Below, in pieces: positions 39,602 to 47,621 of a stretch of 64,000 bases of DNA. Both the position numbers and the translations under genes were made by a program. The notes under the pieces were generated by a model. It ran no database searches. It was given only the letters and a program-made list of their open reading frames with translations, and was not told the origin of the DNA. Each line of letters begins with the position of its first letter. The stretch's first letter is position 1. The stretch is from Opitutia bacterium (lineage in GTDB: Bacteria > Verrucomicrobiota > Verrucomicrobiia > Opitutales > T3Sed10-336). The DNA lies in NCBI GenBank assembly GCA_050506795.1, contig JBJHCF010000001.1, forward strand, positions 60,556 through 124,555, read 5' to 3'.

Positions 39602-40138
39602 ATGCGGCTACCAGGAATTATGGCATGTTTGGATTATCAGGTAATGCGATTTCTGCTTGTGGGATTTCTCGCGGCGGGCGTGGAATTTGTTTTTTTTAAC
39701 TGGTTCGTTCGGTTCTTCTGGTGTTCGGTTCGTGTGCGGGCTAATCTGGTTGCGGTAACGGTCGCCATGTCGCTAAGTTTTCTTTTGAACCGAAATTGGA
39801 CCTTCGCGGATACGAATTCTGGGAGTTGGCCGGTGATGGAGTTTGTGGTGGTGACGCTTATTGCGGCTTATGGCCTTCAGTCGTTTGTGATTTGGGTCCT
39901 TTCGGTTAATTCGGCTGAAGCTGTATCCGGCGAGGATGTGGGACGACGGATTGATGTATCGTGGATTGGGTTGCCTGGGCGCGAAGTGAAGCGGTTGGCT
40001 TACGGTCTGGCGGGGTGCGGTGGCGCCGCGTCGGCGGGTCGGGTGGATTTTGTGGAGCGTAATTTGGTCAAGGGGGCGGCGTTGGGAGTGGCCTTGATTT
40101 GGAATTTTTCATGGTACCGGTGGTATGTGTTTTCTTAA
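39602..40138 (+). CDS. GtrA-family membrane protein
   Basis: RFLLVGFLAAGVEFVFFNWFVRFF and NRNWTF motifs, four TM helices. The start may be 39644. Confidence 0.72.
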   Translation: MRLPGIMACLDYQVMRFLLVGFLAAGVEFVFFNWFVRFFWCSVRVRANLVAVTVAMSLSFLLNRNWTFADTNSGSWPVMEFVVVTLIAAYGLQSFVIWVLSVNSAEAVSGEDVGRRIDVSWIGLPGREVKRLAYGLAGCGGAASAGRVDFVERNLVKGAALGVALIWNFSWYRWYVFS

Positions 40139-40148
40139 ACTGATCGGA

Positions 40149-40469
40149 GGAACAACGAAACACACGAAACACACGAAAGACACGAAATGAGGGGAATGAA
40201 ATGATATTGAATGGGATCCTCGGGTGGAGGCACGGAGATGGAGGCGGGCAGCGATGTCGGCGTTCGCGGGATGGTGTTCAGGCAGAGGTACGAAGATAAT
40301 GAAGAAGGGTATTGGCCACAGAGATCACAAAGAACACAGACTGGTGAATTTAGCTGAGAACCGACAACGTTTGCGCGCCGATGCGGTAGGTGACGATTTC
40401 CAGTCCGGCGGCACGGGCGGAGCCGTGCCCTCCAGGATTTTTTCGTGCTTTTCGTGTGTTTCGTTGTCC
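40149..40469. repeat. CACGAAA-word inverted-repeat pair enclosing a ~250-bp spacer
   Basis: Left arm 40149-40188 (with an internal CACACGAAA duplication). Right arm 40437-40469 (ATTTTTTCGTGCTTTTCGTGTGTTTCGTTGTCC). Confidence 0.85.
40407..40433. repeat. second copy (reverse orientation) of the GGAGGGCA..GCTCCGCC..TGCCGCC hairpin element
   Basis: The reverse complement GGAGGGCACGGCTCCGCCCGTGCCGCC differs from 27103-27129 at 4 positions. All 4 are compensatory within the 7-bp stem. Confidence 0.8.
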
Positions 40470-40497
40470 GAAATATTTCCGCGGTCCAGGCTGCTCT

Positions 40498-41994
40498 ATG
40501 GAGAATAGAAAGAGGACTGTCATCGTTGGGGCGGGTCCGGCGGGGTTGACGGCGGCGGCGGAGTTGACCGGGTCGGGGTATGAGGTGACGGTGCTGGAGG
40601 CGGACAAGGACTATGTGGGAGGGATTTCGCGTACCGTCCGGTACAAGGATTTTCGCTTCGATATCGGCGGACACCGGTTTTTCAGCAAGAATGCTTCCAT
40701 CGTGGCTTGGTGGAAGGCGCGGTTGCCGGACGATTTTTTAAGCGTCCGGAGGCAGTCCCGGATTTTTTACGGTGGACGGTTTTACGACTATCCGTTGCGT
40801 CCGGCAAACGCTTTGCGGAATCTGGGCGTTTTCAAGAGTACCGCTTGTGTCATCAGCTACCTCCGCAGACGGGTGTTTCCGGTGAAGCCGGAGGTGACGT
40901 TTGAGGATTGGGTGACCAATCGGTTCGGCGACAGGCTGTTCGAGACTTTCTTCAAAACGTATACGGAAAAGGTCTGGGGTATGCCGTGTTCCGAGATCAG
41001 CGCGGACTGGGCGAGCCAGCGGATTAAGGGGCTTTCGTTAAAGGAGGCGGTGCTGGGTGCGTTTCGGGCTCAGGGGAGCGGCAACGGCGTCATCAAGACC
41101 TTGATCGACGAGTTCCAGTACCCGCGCCTGGGGCCGGGGATGATGTGGGAGAGGACCCGCGATGATCTTGCGGATGCCGGAATCCGGGTTCGCATGGGGC
41201 GAAAGGTTACGGAGATCCATCGGCACCACGGTCGAGTGGGGTTTATGCGGACGGTCGATGCGTCCGGGAAGATGGAGGATTGGGAGGCGGACGAATTCAT
41301 CGTGTCGATGCCTCTGCGCGATTGCGTGCTGGCGCTGCGGCCGGGGTTGAGTGAGGAGGCGTGCGTGGCGGCTCGCGGTTTGCGGTACCGTGATTTTCTT
41401 ACCGTGGCCTTGATTGTCGAGGCGGAGGACTTGTTTCCGGACAACTGGATTTACATCCATGACGCGACGGTTTCGGTCGGACGAATCCAGAACTTCAACA
41501 ACTGGAGTTCCGAGATGGTGGGGCGGCCGGGGGTGAGCTGTCTCGGGCTTGAATATTTCTGCAACGAGGGCGATTCCCTCTGGGAGAGTTCCGATGAGGC
41601 TTTGCTCGCGCTGGCGAAATCCGAAATCGGCAAGGTGGGACTGGCGCGGCCGGAGTCGGTGATTGACGGGTGCGTGGTGCGGATGGAGAAGGCGTATCCG
41701 GTTTACGACGGGGAATATGTCGAGCGGGTGAACACGATTCGCCAGGGGCTTTCGGTCCTGCAGAACTTACAGGTGGCCGGGCGGAACGGGATGCACAAGT
41801 ACAACAACCAGGACCATTCGATGATGACGGGCATCCTGGCGGCGCAACGGATCCAGGGCGGGACGCTGGACCCGTGGCGGGTGAACACCGACGCCGAGTA
41901 TCACGAAGGCGGTTCCAGCGAGCGCGAGGTCGGTCGCTTGGTGCCGGGCCGAGTGGAAAAGGATACTGTGGAAAGGACGACGGGGATCGAATAA
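40498..41994 (+). CDS. Rossmann-type FAD/NAD(P)-dependent oxidoreductase (amine-oxidase / UDP-galactopyranose-mutase-like)
   Basis: VIVGAGPAGLTAAAEL dinucleotide-binding motif, EADKDYVGG, DIGGHRFFSK. ATG 40498. The track extension to 40390 is encoded by repeat DNA. Confidence 0.8.
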   Translation: MENRKRTVIVGAGPAGLTAAAELTGSGYEVTVLEADKDYVGGISRTVRYKDFRFDIGGHRFFSKNASIVAWWKARLPDDFLSVRRQSRIFYGGRFYDYPLRPANALRNLGVFKSTACVISYLRRRVFPVKPEVTFEDWVTNRFGDRLFETFFKTYTEKVWGMPCSEISADWASQRIKGLSLKEAVLGAFRAQGSGNGVIKTLIDEFQYPRLGPGMMWERTRDDLADAGIRVRMGRKVTEIHRHHGRVGFMRTVDASGKMEDWEADEFIVSMPLRDCVLALRPGLSEEACVAARGLRYRDFLTVALIVEAEDLFPDNWIYIHDATVSVGRIQNFNNWSSEMVGRPGVSCLGLEYFCNEGDSLWESSDEALLALAKSEIGKVGLARPESVIDGCVVRMEKAYPVYDGEYVERVNTIRQGLSVLQNLQVAGRNGMHKYNNQDHSMMTGILAAQRIQGGTLDPWRVNTDAEYHEGGSSEREVGRLVPGRVEKDTVERTTGIE

Positions 41995-43136
41995 TGCGTG
42001 TCCTACTTGCCGCGTATTTTTCCGTGGTGATCACCGCCGGTGTCCTGGTGGCGACGGGGCTGGTGCCGGATTGGGGGCGGTGGTACTCCAATCACCTGGC
42101 TTACCGCTGGCAGACGGAGGCGCTGCTGAGCGGGTCGGTGTCGATCGGTACCGAGGCGCGGTACCTGGTGTGGGACAAGGTCTGGGCGAATGGAAACGTG
42201 CAACAGGCCTGGGGCCTGGGCGTGCCGTTCTGGAGGTTGCCTTTTGAAGCGGCGGCCGGAGTTTTGGGGCTGGGCATGTTTCCCGACCGAATCGCGTTCG
42301 GGGTGGCGTGGGCATCGGTTGTTTTTCTTTTGATGCGTCTGTTCGTTTTGCCGGGAAACACGAAAGACCCGATGGCGTTCTTGAGACAGAAGCCGGAAGC
42401 CTTTTGTGCGTTTGTCGTGTTGGCGCTGTTTCCCCCTCTGCTCACGATGTGCCGGTTCCGGTTCGTGGTGTACGAGGAGGCGGCGGCTTACAGTTTCCTG
42501 GCGGGGATGGGGTTGTTCGCCGGGACCTTGCTGTTTTTCCGTCGGCCCACGTTGCGGGTGTTCCTGGTGCTGGCCGCCCTGGCGGGTCTGGCCCCGTTCG
42601 TGCGTCCGACGTTGTTGGCTTACGGCGTGACAACAATGCTGGTGATCTCGTACGGCGCGTGGCGGCTCGGATGGTCCTATCCGAGGATGGCCGCGGGGCT
42701 GGGCTTGTTCGCGCTGGGGAGCGTCCTGCTTTTCGCCTCCAATCATGTCCGGTTTGGAGCCCCGCTTGAGTTCGGGCACGGAGTCAACTTGAACACGGTC
42801 GATTCAATGCGCTACACGAGCCGGTTCGATCATCCGTTCCGTTCGGAGCCGCCTGGCTCGGCCGCGGTGGAATTGACCTCCGCGTTGTTTGTCGCCGGGA
42901 ATACGTTCACCGGATATCAATGGTACGCCCCGGAATTGATTCCGGGACAGTCGTCCACGCATCGGTGGCGGGAGTTTTATTTCAAGACGTACGATGTAAG
43001 CTTCGCCCTGATGCTGGTTATTGCCTGGGGATGGGGGATTTGGGGGAAAGGACGAGGGTGGAGGGGCGAGGGTGGAGGGGCGAAGGAGAAGGGGCGAGGG
43101 GCGAGGGGGGTGGTGCGTGGCCGGAGATTGGGGTGA
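41994..43136 (+). CDS. polytopic membrane protein, N-terminal part of a split paralog of 44031-45854 (GT-C-like, putative glycosyltransferase)
   Basis: ATG overlaps the upstream stop (TAATG). Aligns along its whole length with the N-terminal two thirds of the downstream paralog (WGLGVPFWRLPFEAAA, MFPDRIA, FVRPTLLAYG, GAPLEFGH). Ends in a Gly/Arg/Glu tail encoded by the 14-nt repeat. Confidence 0.65.
   Translation: MRVLLAAYFSVVITAGVLVATGLVPDWGRWYSNHLAYRWQTEALLSGSVSIGTEARYLVWDKVWANGNVQQAWGLGVPFWRLPFEAAAGVLGLGMFPDRIAFGVAWASVVFLLMRLFVLPGNTKDPMAFLRQKPEAFCAFVVLALFPPLLTMCRFRFVVYEEAAAYSFLAGMGLFAGTLLFFRRPTLRVFLVLAALAGLAPFVRPTLLAYGVTTMLVISYGAWRLGWSYPRMAAGLGLFALGSVLLFASNHVRFGAPLEFGHGVNLNTVDSMRYTSRFDHPFRSEPPGSAAVELTSALFVAGNTFTGYQWYAPELIPGQSSTHRWREFYFKTYDVSFALMLVIAWGWGIWGKGRGWRGEGGGAKEKGRGARGVVRGRRLG
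43053..43110. repeat. G-rich tandem repeat: CGAGGGTGGAGGGG x2, degenerate third unit, then CGAGGGG x2
   Basis: Read directly. Units at 43053-43066, 43067-43080, 43081-43094, 43095-43101 and 43102-43110. Confidence 0.92.
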
Positions 43137-43855
43137 TGGTGGCTTGGTCGCTGATTGCTTCGGTTCCGATTTTTCTGTTCTATTTGCGGGCGCCGTTTTT
43201 GGCGTCCCGGTATTTGCTGGATTTCGGACCGGCGTTTGCGGTGGCGGCGGCGGTTTTTGTGTTCTGGTGCGGAGGGGTGGCGCGGGCGTACGTTCGCTCG
43301 CGGCGGTACGCGAACGGGATCGTTGTGACGGTGTTTTTCCTGTGGTGGGGGTGGCAGGTTTTTACGGCGCAAGGCGCTTTCGATCCGGCGCCGGTTCTGA
43401 CGCGCGAGCAACTGTCGACGCGCATGGCGATGGTGAGGGGAGAGGCTTCCGAGGTTCGGTTGCCGGACGAGTACCGGGCGGGGATGGATGCGGAGCGCGC
43501 GTGGCCGCCGTTCAACGCGGCCGGATGGGACCTTGAAACCGGGCCCACCAGGGCGGCGGTCACCCTTTTTGTTCCCGGAGTGAAGGAGTTGATATTGGAA
43601 ATAGCGCCTGCCGAAGAGGCGTCGCTCGCGGCTGACGACTACAAACGGATCCAAGCGAAGGTGGGCGTGGAATTCCTGGAGCGTATGCGTATCGAGGAGA
43701 CGGACGAGGGGCGTCGTTTGGTGTTCCGGGGACCGAAGCGGGAGATCTATCGAAACGGTATGCAGGCGGCGTTTTTAGGTTTCGCATGCGCCGAAACGGT
43801 GACCGATGGGGATTCGGATTTCCGGCTTTTGCGGGTCGAGTGGAAAGAATGGTAA
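43136..43855 (+). CDS. C-terminal part of the split membrane-protein paralog
   Basis: ATG overlaps the stop of 41994-43136 (GTGATGG). Aligns with the C-terminal third of 44031-45854 (SRYLLDFGPAF, FLWWGWQVF, C-terminal soluble domain). Confidence 0.6.
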   Translation: MVAWSLIASVPIFLFYLRAPFLASRYLLDFGPAFAVAAAVFVFWCGGVARAYVRSRRYANGIVVTVFFLWWGWQVFTAQGAFDPAPVLTREQLSTRMAMVRGEASEVRLPDEYRAGMDAERAWPPFNAAGWDLETGPTRAAVTLFVPGVKELILEIAPAEEASLAADDYKRIQAKVGVEFLERMRIEETDEGRRLVFRGPKREIYRNGMQAAFLGFACAETVTDGDSDFRLLRVEWKEW

Positions 43856-43863
43856 AGGAGGGG

Positions 43864-44001
43864 GAAACAACGAAACACACGAAAGGCACGAAAAAATACA
43901 GAGGAGAAAATTTTGATTCAGAAAACCACCTTGCTGACTCTTCTTCAAAAAAGGCACAGATTGTTATCCATTTTCGTGCCTTTCGTGTGTTTCGTTGTTT
44001 C
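43864..44001. repeat. perfect 31-bp inverted repeat GAAACAACGAAACACACGAAAGGCACGAAAA with a 76-nt spacer
   Basis: Arms at 43864-43894 and 43971-44001, verified base by base. Lies between the two membrane-protein paralogs. Confidence 0.95.
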
Positions 44002-44030
44002 AAAATAAATCCGAGCACAGGCTCCAATCA

Positions 44031-45854
44031 ATGCGGCTTCGAATTTTATTAATCTATTTTGCCATTGTGGCGGCTGTGGGGGTGGTGGTGGGTACGGGGC
44101 TGATCACCGGGCCGGGGGCTTGGTACTCGGTGAGCATGCCTTATCGGTACCAGACGGAAGCGTTTCTTCGGGGGGAGATCGCTCTGTCCAAAGAACCGAC
44201 CGGATTGATGCACGACCATGTGTGGGCCGAGGGAGGCGTGCATCAGGTTTGGGGGCTGGGAGTTCCGGTGTGGCGGTTGCCGTTCGAGGCGGCGGCCAAA
44301 CTTGTGGGGCAACCGATGTTTCCCGACCGGATCGCCTTGGCACTGGCCCTGGCGCTGTTCGCCTACGTTGTGCTGGCGTCGGTGACGAATCGCGCGGGCG
44401 CGGGTAGTGTGACGGAATGGATCGACGGGATAAGGCGGCATCCCGAGCTCATCATGGTCGCAGTGCTGCTAATCCTGTTTCCGCCACTACTGGCATTGTT
44501 GCGGGGGCCGTTCAACGTGTACGAAGAAGCGGTTGCGTACGGGTGCCTGGTGGCCATTGGCCTTCTGGCAGCCCTGCTTGCGCTGGCTCGTCGTCCTGTG
44601 ATGAGGAATTACCTGTTCTTATGTTTGGCCGCGGGACTCATCGGTTTCGTCCGACCGACCATGTTGGCCTACGGAATGGCTACCGTGCTGCTCGCCTTTT
44701 GCATCGCCTGGCGTTCCGGTTGGAGCTGGAGGCTCCAATGGAGCGGATGGGTGGCTTTTGTCGCGGGGGTTGGGTTGTTGTTCGCGACCAACGCAATGCG
44801 TTACGGGTCCCCCTTTGAGTTCGGGCACCGGTTGAACGTGACCGGACTGGATCTGATCTACGCCTCCCGTTTCGAAGCCTTGTACCATAGCGAATCTTTT
44901 GTGGCGGCGGCGAAGGAGTTGTTCGGTTCGGTTTTTCTGACCAGGGAAATGAACGGCTTTGCCGTGTATCAGGAAGGGGTGGTGCCCATGCAGGCGCCGA
45001 GCCCGCGATGGCGTCATTTCTACCAGCCGACTTTCGGTCCGACCTATTTGGTGTTGCTCGCGGCCGGTTGGTTGCTGGGCCTTCGCAAGTTGGTGATGGA
45101 GTTCGTCAGGCACCGCGATCTTCGATTGGATGCCACCACGGTGGCCGCCGCGTGGTCGTTCGGGGCCATGATTCCGATCGCTTATTTTCTCCTGCATTTT
45201 CACGCCAGTTCTTCGCGCTACATCCTGGATTTCGCGCCCGGAATCGCGGCCGGAATAGCGGCGGGGCTGTACGCGCTGAAGGACCTTCCGCAACGATGGA
45301 GGGGCCGGCGGACAATGGGGGCGCTCGCCGCGGTTTTCTTGTTGTGGTGGGGATGGCAGGTGTTTCAAGCCGACTACGATCCACCGGGCCGCGCGCCGCT
45401 GAACCGAGCACAGGCTGAGGCGTTTTTCAGGGATAACGTGCCTCCTTTTGGCGGGCTTCCCTCGGAGTACGCCCTCGGTGACGGTTCATTGGCCCGTTCG
45501 GGAATCCACGGTAATGTGCTTGGATGGCGAGCGGATGACGGTCGGGTGCGGCCGACGGCGGTGGTATTCGTCGAAGACATGGAATGGCTGAAAATCGACC
45601 TGGCGCCGGCATTGGGGGAATTTTTGCCACGGGAGCACTACGCCATGGTCCGGGCCAAAGTCGGACTGGAGGAGTTGGTGCTGACGTCGATGGAAGAGAC
45701 GGAGGACGGTTGGCGCTTGGAGTTCGCCGCACCCGAGAGGGCGGCGTACCGCGAAGGGGTGCAAGTGGTTTTCCTGGCCTTGGTTCCGGTGGAGGATTTT
45801 CTGGAAAGCTACTCTCCGTTCGTACTTTCCCGCGTGGCCTGGAGGAGCGAATAG
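44031..45854 (+). CDS. polytopic membrane protein with C-terminal soluble domain (GT-C-like, putative glycosyltransferase), intact paralog
   Basis: 607 aa from MRLRILLIYF, with about 11-13 hydrophobic segments. Paralogous to 41994-43855. The family assignment is tentative. Confidence 0.68.
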   Translation: MRLRILLIYFAIVAAVGVVVGTGLITGPGAWYSVSMPYRYQTEAFLRGEIALSKEPTGLMHDHVWAEGGVHQVWGLGVPVWRLPFEAAAKLVGQPMFPDRIALALALALFAYVVLASVTNRAGAGSVTEWIDGIRRHPELIMVAVLLILFPPLLALLRGPFNVYEEAVAYGCLVAIGLLAALLALARRPVMRNYLFLCLAAGLIGFVRPTMLAYGMATVLLAFCIAWRSGWSWRLQWSGWVAFVAGVGLLFATNAMRYGSPFEFGHRLNVTGLDLIYASRFEALYHSESFVAAAKELFGSVFLTREMNGFAVYQEGVVPMQAPSPRWRHFYQPTFGPTYLVLLAAGWLLGLRKLVMEFVRHRDLRLDATTVAAAWSFGAMIPIAYFLLHFHASSSRYILDFAPGIAAGIAAGLYALKDLPQRWRGRRTMGALAAVFLLWWGWQVFQADYDPPGRAPLNRAQAEAFFRDNVPPFGGLPSEYALGDGSLARSGIHGNVLGWRADDGRVRPTAVVFVEDMEWLKIDLAPALGEFLPREHYAMVRAKVGLEELVLTSMEETEDGWRLEFAAPERAAYREGVQVVFLALVPVEDFLESYSPFVLSRVAWRSE

Positions 45855-45880
45855 GACGGTGGAAAGGTGGCTGATGGAGA

Positions 45881-46002
45881 GGGAACAACGAAACACACAA
45901 AAGGACTATGTTTTATGGGTGGAAAAGGAAATATTCCAAGGAGGGAAAGCCACCGCGTGATGTCATCCATTTTCGTGCTTTTTGTGTGTTTCGTTGTTTC
46001 CC
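45881..46002. repeat. CACGAAA-word imperfect inverted-repeat pair (~60-nt spacer)
   Basis: Left arm GGGAACAACGAAACACACAAAAGGAC (45881-45906). Right arm ATTTTCGTGCTTTTTGTGTGTTTCGTTGTTTCCC (45969-46002). Confidence 0.85.
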
Positions 46003-46058
46003 AAAATCCGAATAATAATTAACCTATCCTCTAGTCAGATTAACTGCTGATTCTTACC

Positions 46059-46793
46059 ATGAAATCAATATCCCGAAATCTCCCGAACCCTGAGGTAACG
46101 AGAAGCGGGTTCACTTGGATTGAGTGCCTGGTGGTGGTGGCGGTGCTTGGCGTGCTGGCGGCGGTGCTGGTTCCGGTGGTCGGGAAAATGCGCGAATCGG
46201 CCCGGCGGGCGGCGTGCGCGGAGAACCTTCGGGTGATCGGCAACGCGGCGTTGCATTATGCCGAGGAATGGGACGGTCGTTTTCCCAGGATGGATCCGGG
46301 GGGAAGGTGGCCGTGGGATGTGTCGGTAAACGTCACCTATGCGCTGAGCCCATACGGGACGATCCGTGACACCTTTTATTGCCCTTCCGGGCCGTTTGAT
46401 GAGCGGGCGGTGCTTTGGGATCACGGGGTGAGTTTTACCCGCGGAGGGGAGCGGGGAAGTCGTACGATATCGTACGTTCTTTTATTTGAGCGCGCGCCCA
46501 GGGTTTTGCCTCAATACACGCATTCGCGCCTCCCGGCGACCGGTTCGGGGGGTGAGGCGGTGGGCCCGCAAGAACTCGCGGTCGATGCCGTTCTTTCCGC
46601 GGGCGGCGGACGACACGCCAACTTTCATCGTATCATTCACGGCAGCATGCCGCGCCCGGATCGGACGAATCACCTGAACGGCACCCAACCCGCCGGCGGA
46701 AACGTGTTGTTCCTGGATGGGCATGTCGCCTGGCGGGATTTTGAGGAAATGGACGAGACCAAAGTCACCGGCGTTCCGGTGTTTTGGTGGTGA
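46059..46793 (+). CDS. prepilin-type N-terminal cleavage/methylation domain protein (H-X9-DG pseudopilin-like), paralog of 35253-36026
   Basis: SGFTWIECLVVVAVLGVLAAVLVP leader, GGNVLFLDGHVAWRDF, and C-terminal FWW shared with the paralog. Confidence 0.82.
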   Translation: MKSISRNLPNPEVTRSGFTWIECLVVVAVLGVLAAVLVPVVGKMRESARRAACAENLRVIGNAALHYAEEWDGRFPRMDPGGRWPWDVSVNVTYALSPYGTIRDTFYCPSGPFDERAVLWDHGVSFTRGGERGSRTISYVLLFERAPRVLPQYTHSRLPATGSGGEAVGPQELAVDAVLSAGGGRHANFHRIIHGSMPRPDRTNHLNGTQPAGGNVLFLDGHVAWRDFEEMDETKVTGVPVFWW

Positions 46794-46810
46794 GCGGCTT
46801 GCGCCGGCTG

Positions 46811-46840
46811 CTGGTTCCTGGTTCCTGGTTTGGAGGTTTG
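46811..46840. repeat. CTGGTTC heptamer array
   Basis: ctggttc|ctggttc|ctggttt|gg, directly after the pseudopilin-like gene, as at 36051. Confidence 0.8.
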
Positions 46841-46848
46841 CTGCGCAC

Positions 46849-46876
46849 TTGACACTCTAAATGGTGAAAATATGTT
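46849..46876 (+). promoter_or_regulatory. candidate sigma-70 promoter of imuA (-35 TTGACA, 16-nt spacer, -10 TATGTT)
   Basis: TTGACA at 46849-46854 and TATGTT at 46871-46876. The predicted start site falls at about the imuA ATG (46883). Confidence 0.4.
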
Positions 46877-46878
46877 CA
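46865..46878. promoter_or_regulatory. candidate LexA operator (GAAC-N4-GTTC class)
   Basis: tGAAAATATGTTCa versus the Bacillus-type consensus CGAACATATGTTCG: 11 of 14 positions, 7 of 8 core positions. Part of the 16-bp near-palindrome GTGAAAATATGTTCAC (46864-46879), which overlaps the -10. Confidence 0.55.
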
Positions 46879-46882
46879 CTTT

Positions 46883-47608
46883 ATGGGGGTGTTATGCAAA
46901 AAGAGCCAATTGGCGTTGTTGCGGGAGAAGTTGCGGCGGGAGTTTCCCGGGAGTTTGCCTGCGGGTGAAAGGGTCAAAGTTTTCCCCACCGGGGTGCCGG
47001 GGTTGGATGGCTTGCTGGAGGGCGGGTTGCCGCGGGGCGGGGTGACGGAAGTCAGGGTGTGGGCCGCCAGCGCGGGCGGACAGACCTTATTGATGACGGT
47101 GCTCGATGCGGTGACCGCCCGGCCGGCGCCCGTCGCTATCATCGACCGGGCGGATGCCTGGGATTTTTCTGTCCTGAGCCCGGATCGGCGGCAGTGGGTG
47201 CTTTGGGTGCGTTGCCGGGGGGAGGGAGAGGCGGTGCGCGCGACCGACCTGTTGGTGCGCGACGGCAATTTTCCGCTGGTGGTGATGGATCTGCGGCGTC
47301 CGCCGGGGGAGCGTCGCGGGCGAAGCCTGCCGTCGCGAATCTGGTACCGTTTGCAACGGGGCGCGGAGCGTTCGGGGTGCGCGCTGGTGGCGGTCACCGG
47401 CGGGGAGTCTCTGCCCTGCGCCCGGCTTAAATTGAGTTTGCGCGTGTCCCTGAGCCTGGAGCACTTGGAGGCGCTGCACGAAAGACGGGTTTCCTGGGAA
47501 AGCGTGTTGGAAGTCTGTCAGGACGGGGAAATCTTCACCGGGCCGGATGGCCTTCCCGCGGCGCGGACGGAGCCACGCTCTCCAGGAGTTTTGTCCGTCT
47601 CGAATTAA
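46883..47608 (+). CDS. imuA: ImuA-like (RecA/SulA-fold) translesion-cassette protein
   Basis: FPTGVPGLDGLLEGGLPRGGVTEV motif. Positioned first in the imuA-imuB-dnaE2 cassette. Confidence 0.75.
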   Translation: MGVLCKKSQLALLREKLRREFPGSLPAGERVKVFPTGVPGLDGLLEGGLPRGGVTEVRVWAASAGGQTLLMTVLDAVTARPAPVAIIDRADAWDFSVLSPDRRQWVLWVRCRGEGEAVRATDLLVRDGNFPLVVMDLRRPPGERRGRSLPSRIWYRLQRGAERSGCALVAVTGGESLPCARLKLSLRVSLSLEHLEALHERRVSWESVLEVCQDGEIFTGPDGLPAARTEPRSPGVLSVSN

Positions 47609-47621
47609 ACAAGCACGACCT

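Noticed and set aside
40390-40497. N-terminal extension of the flavoprotein ORF (…FFRAFRVFRCPKYF…), and the similar extensions at 43995-44030 and 41670-41993
   Set aside because: The extensions at 40390-40497 and 43995-44030 are encoded by CACGAAA repeat arms, and the 41670-41993 extension overlaps the preceding gene. Conserved protein sequence begins at the internal ATGs (40498, 44031, 41994).
46873-46886. Verrucomicrobia-type LexA box TGTTC-N4-GAACA at the imuA promoter
   Set aside because: Only the TGTTC half-site is present, and the position of the second half reads TATGG. The GAAC-N4-GTTC-like reading fits better.
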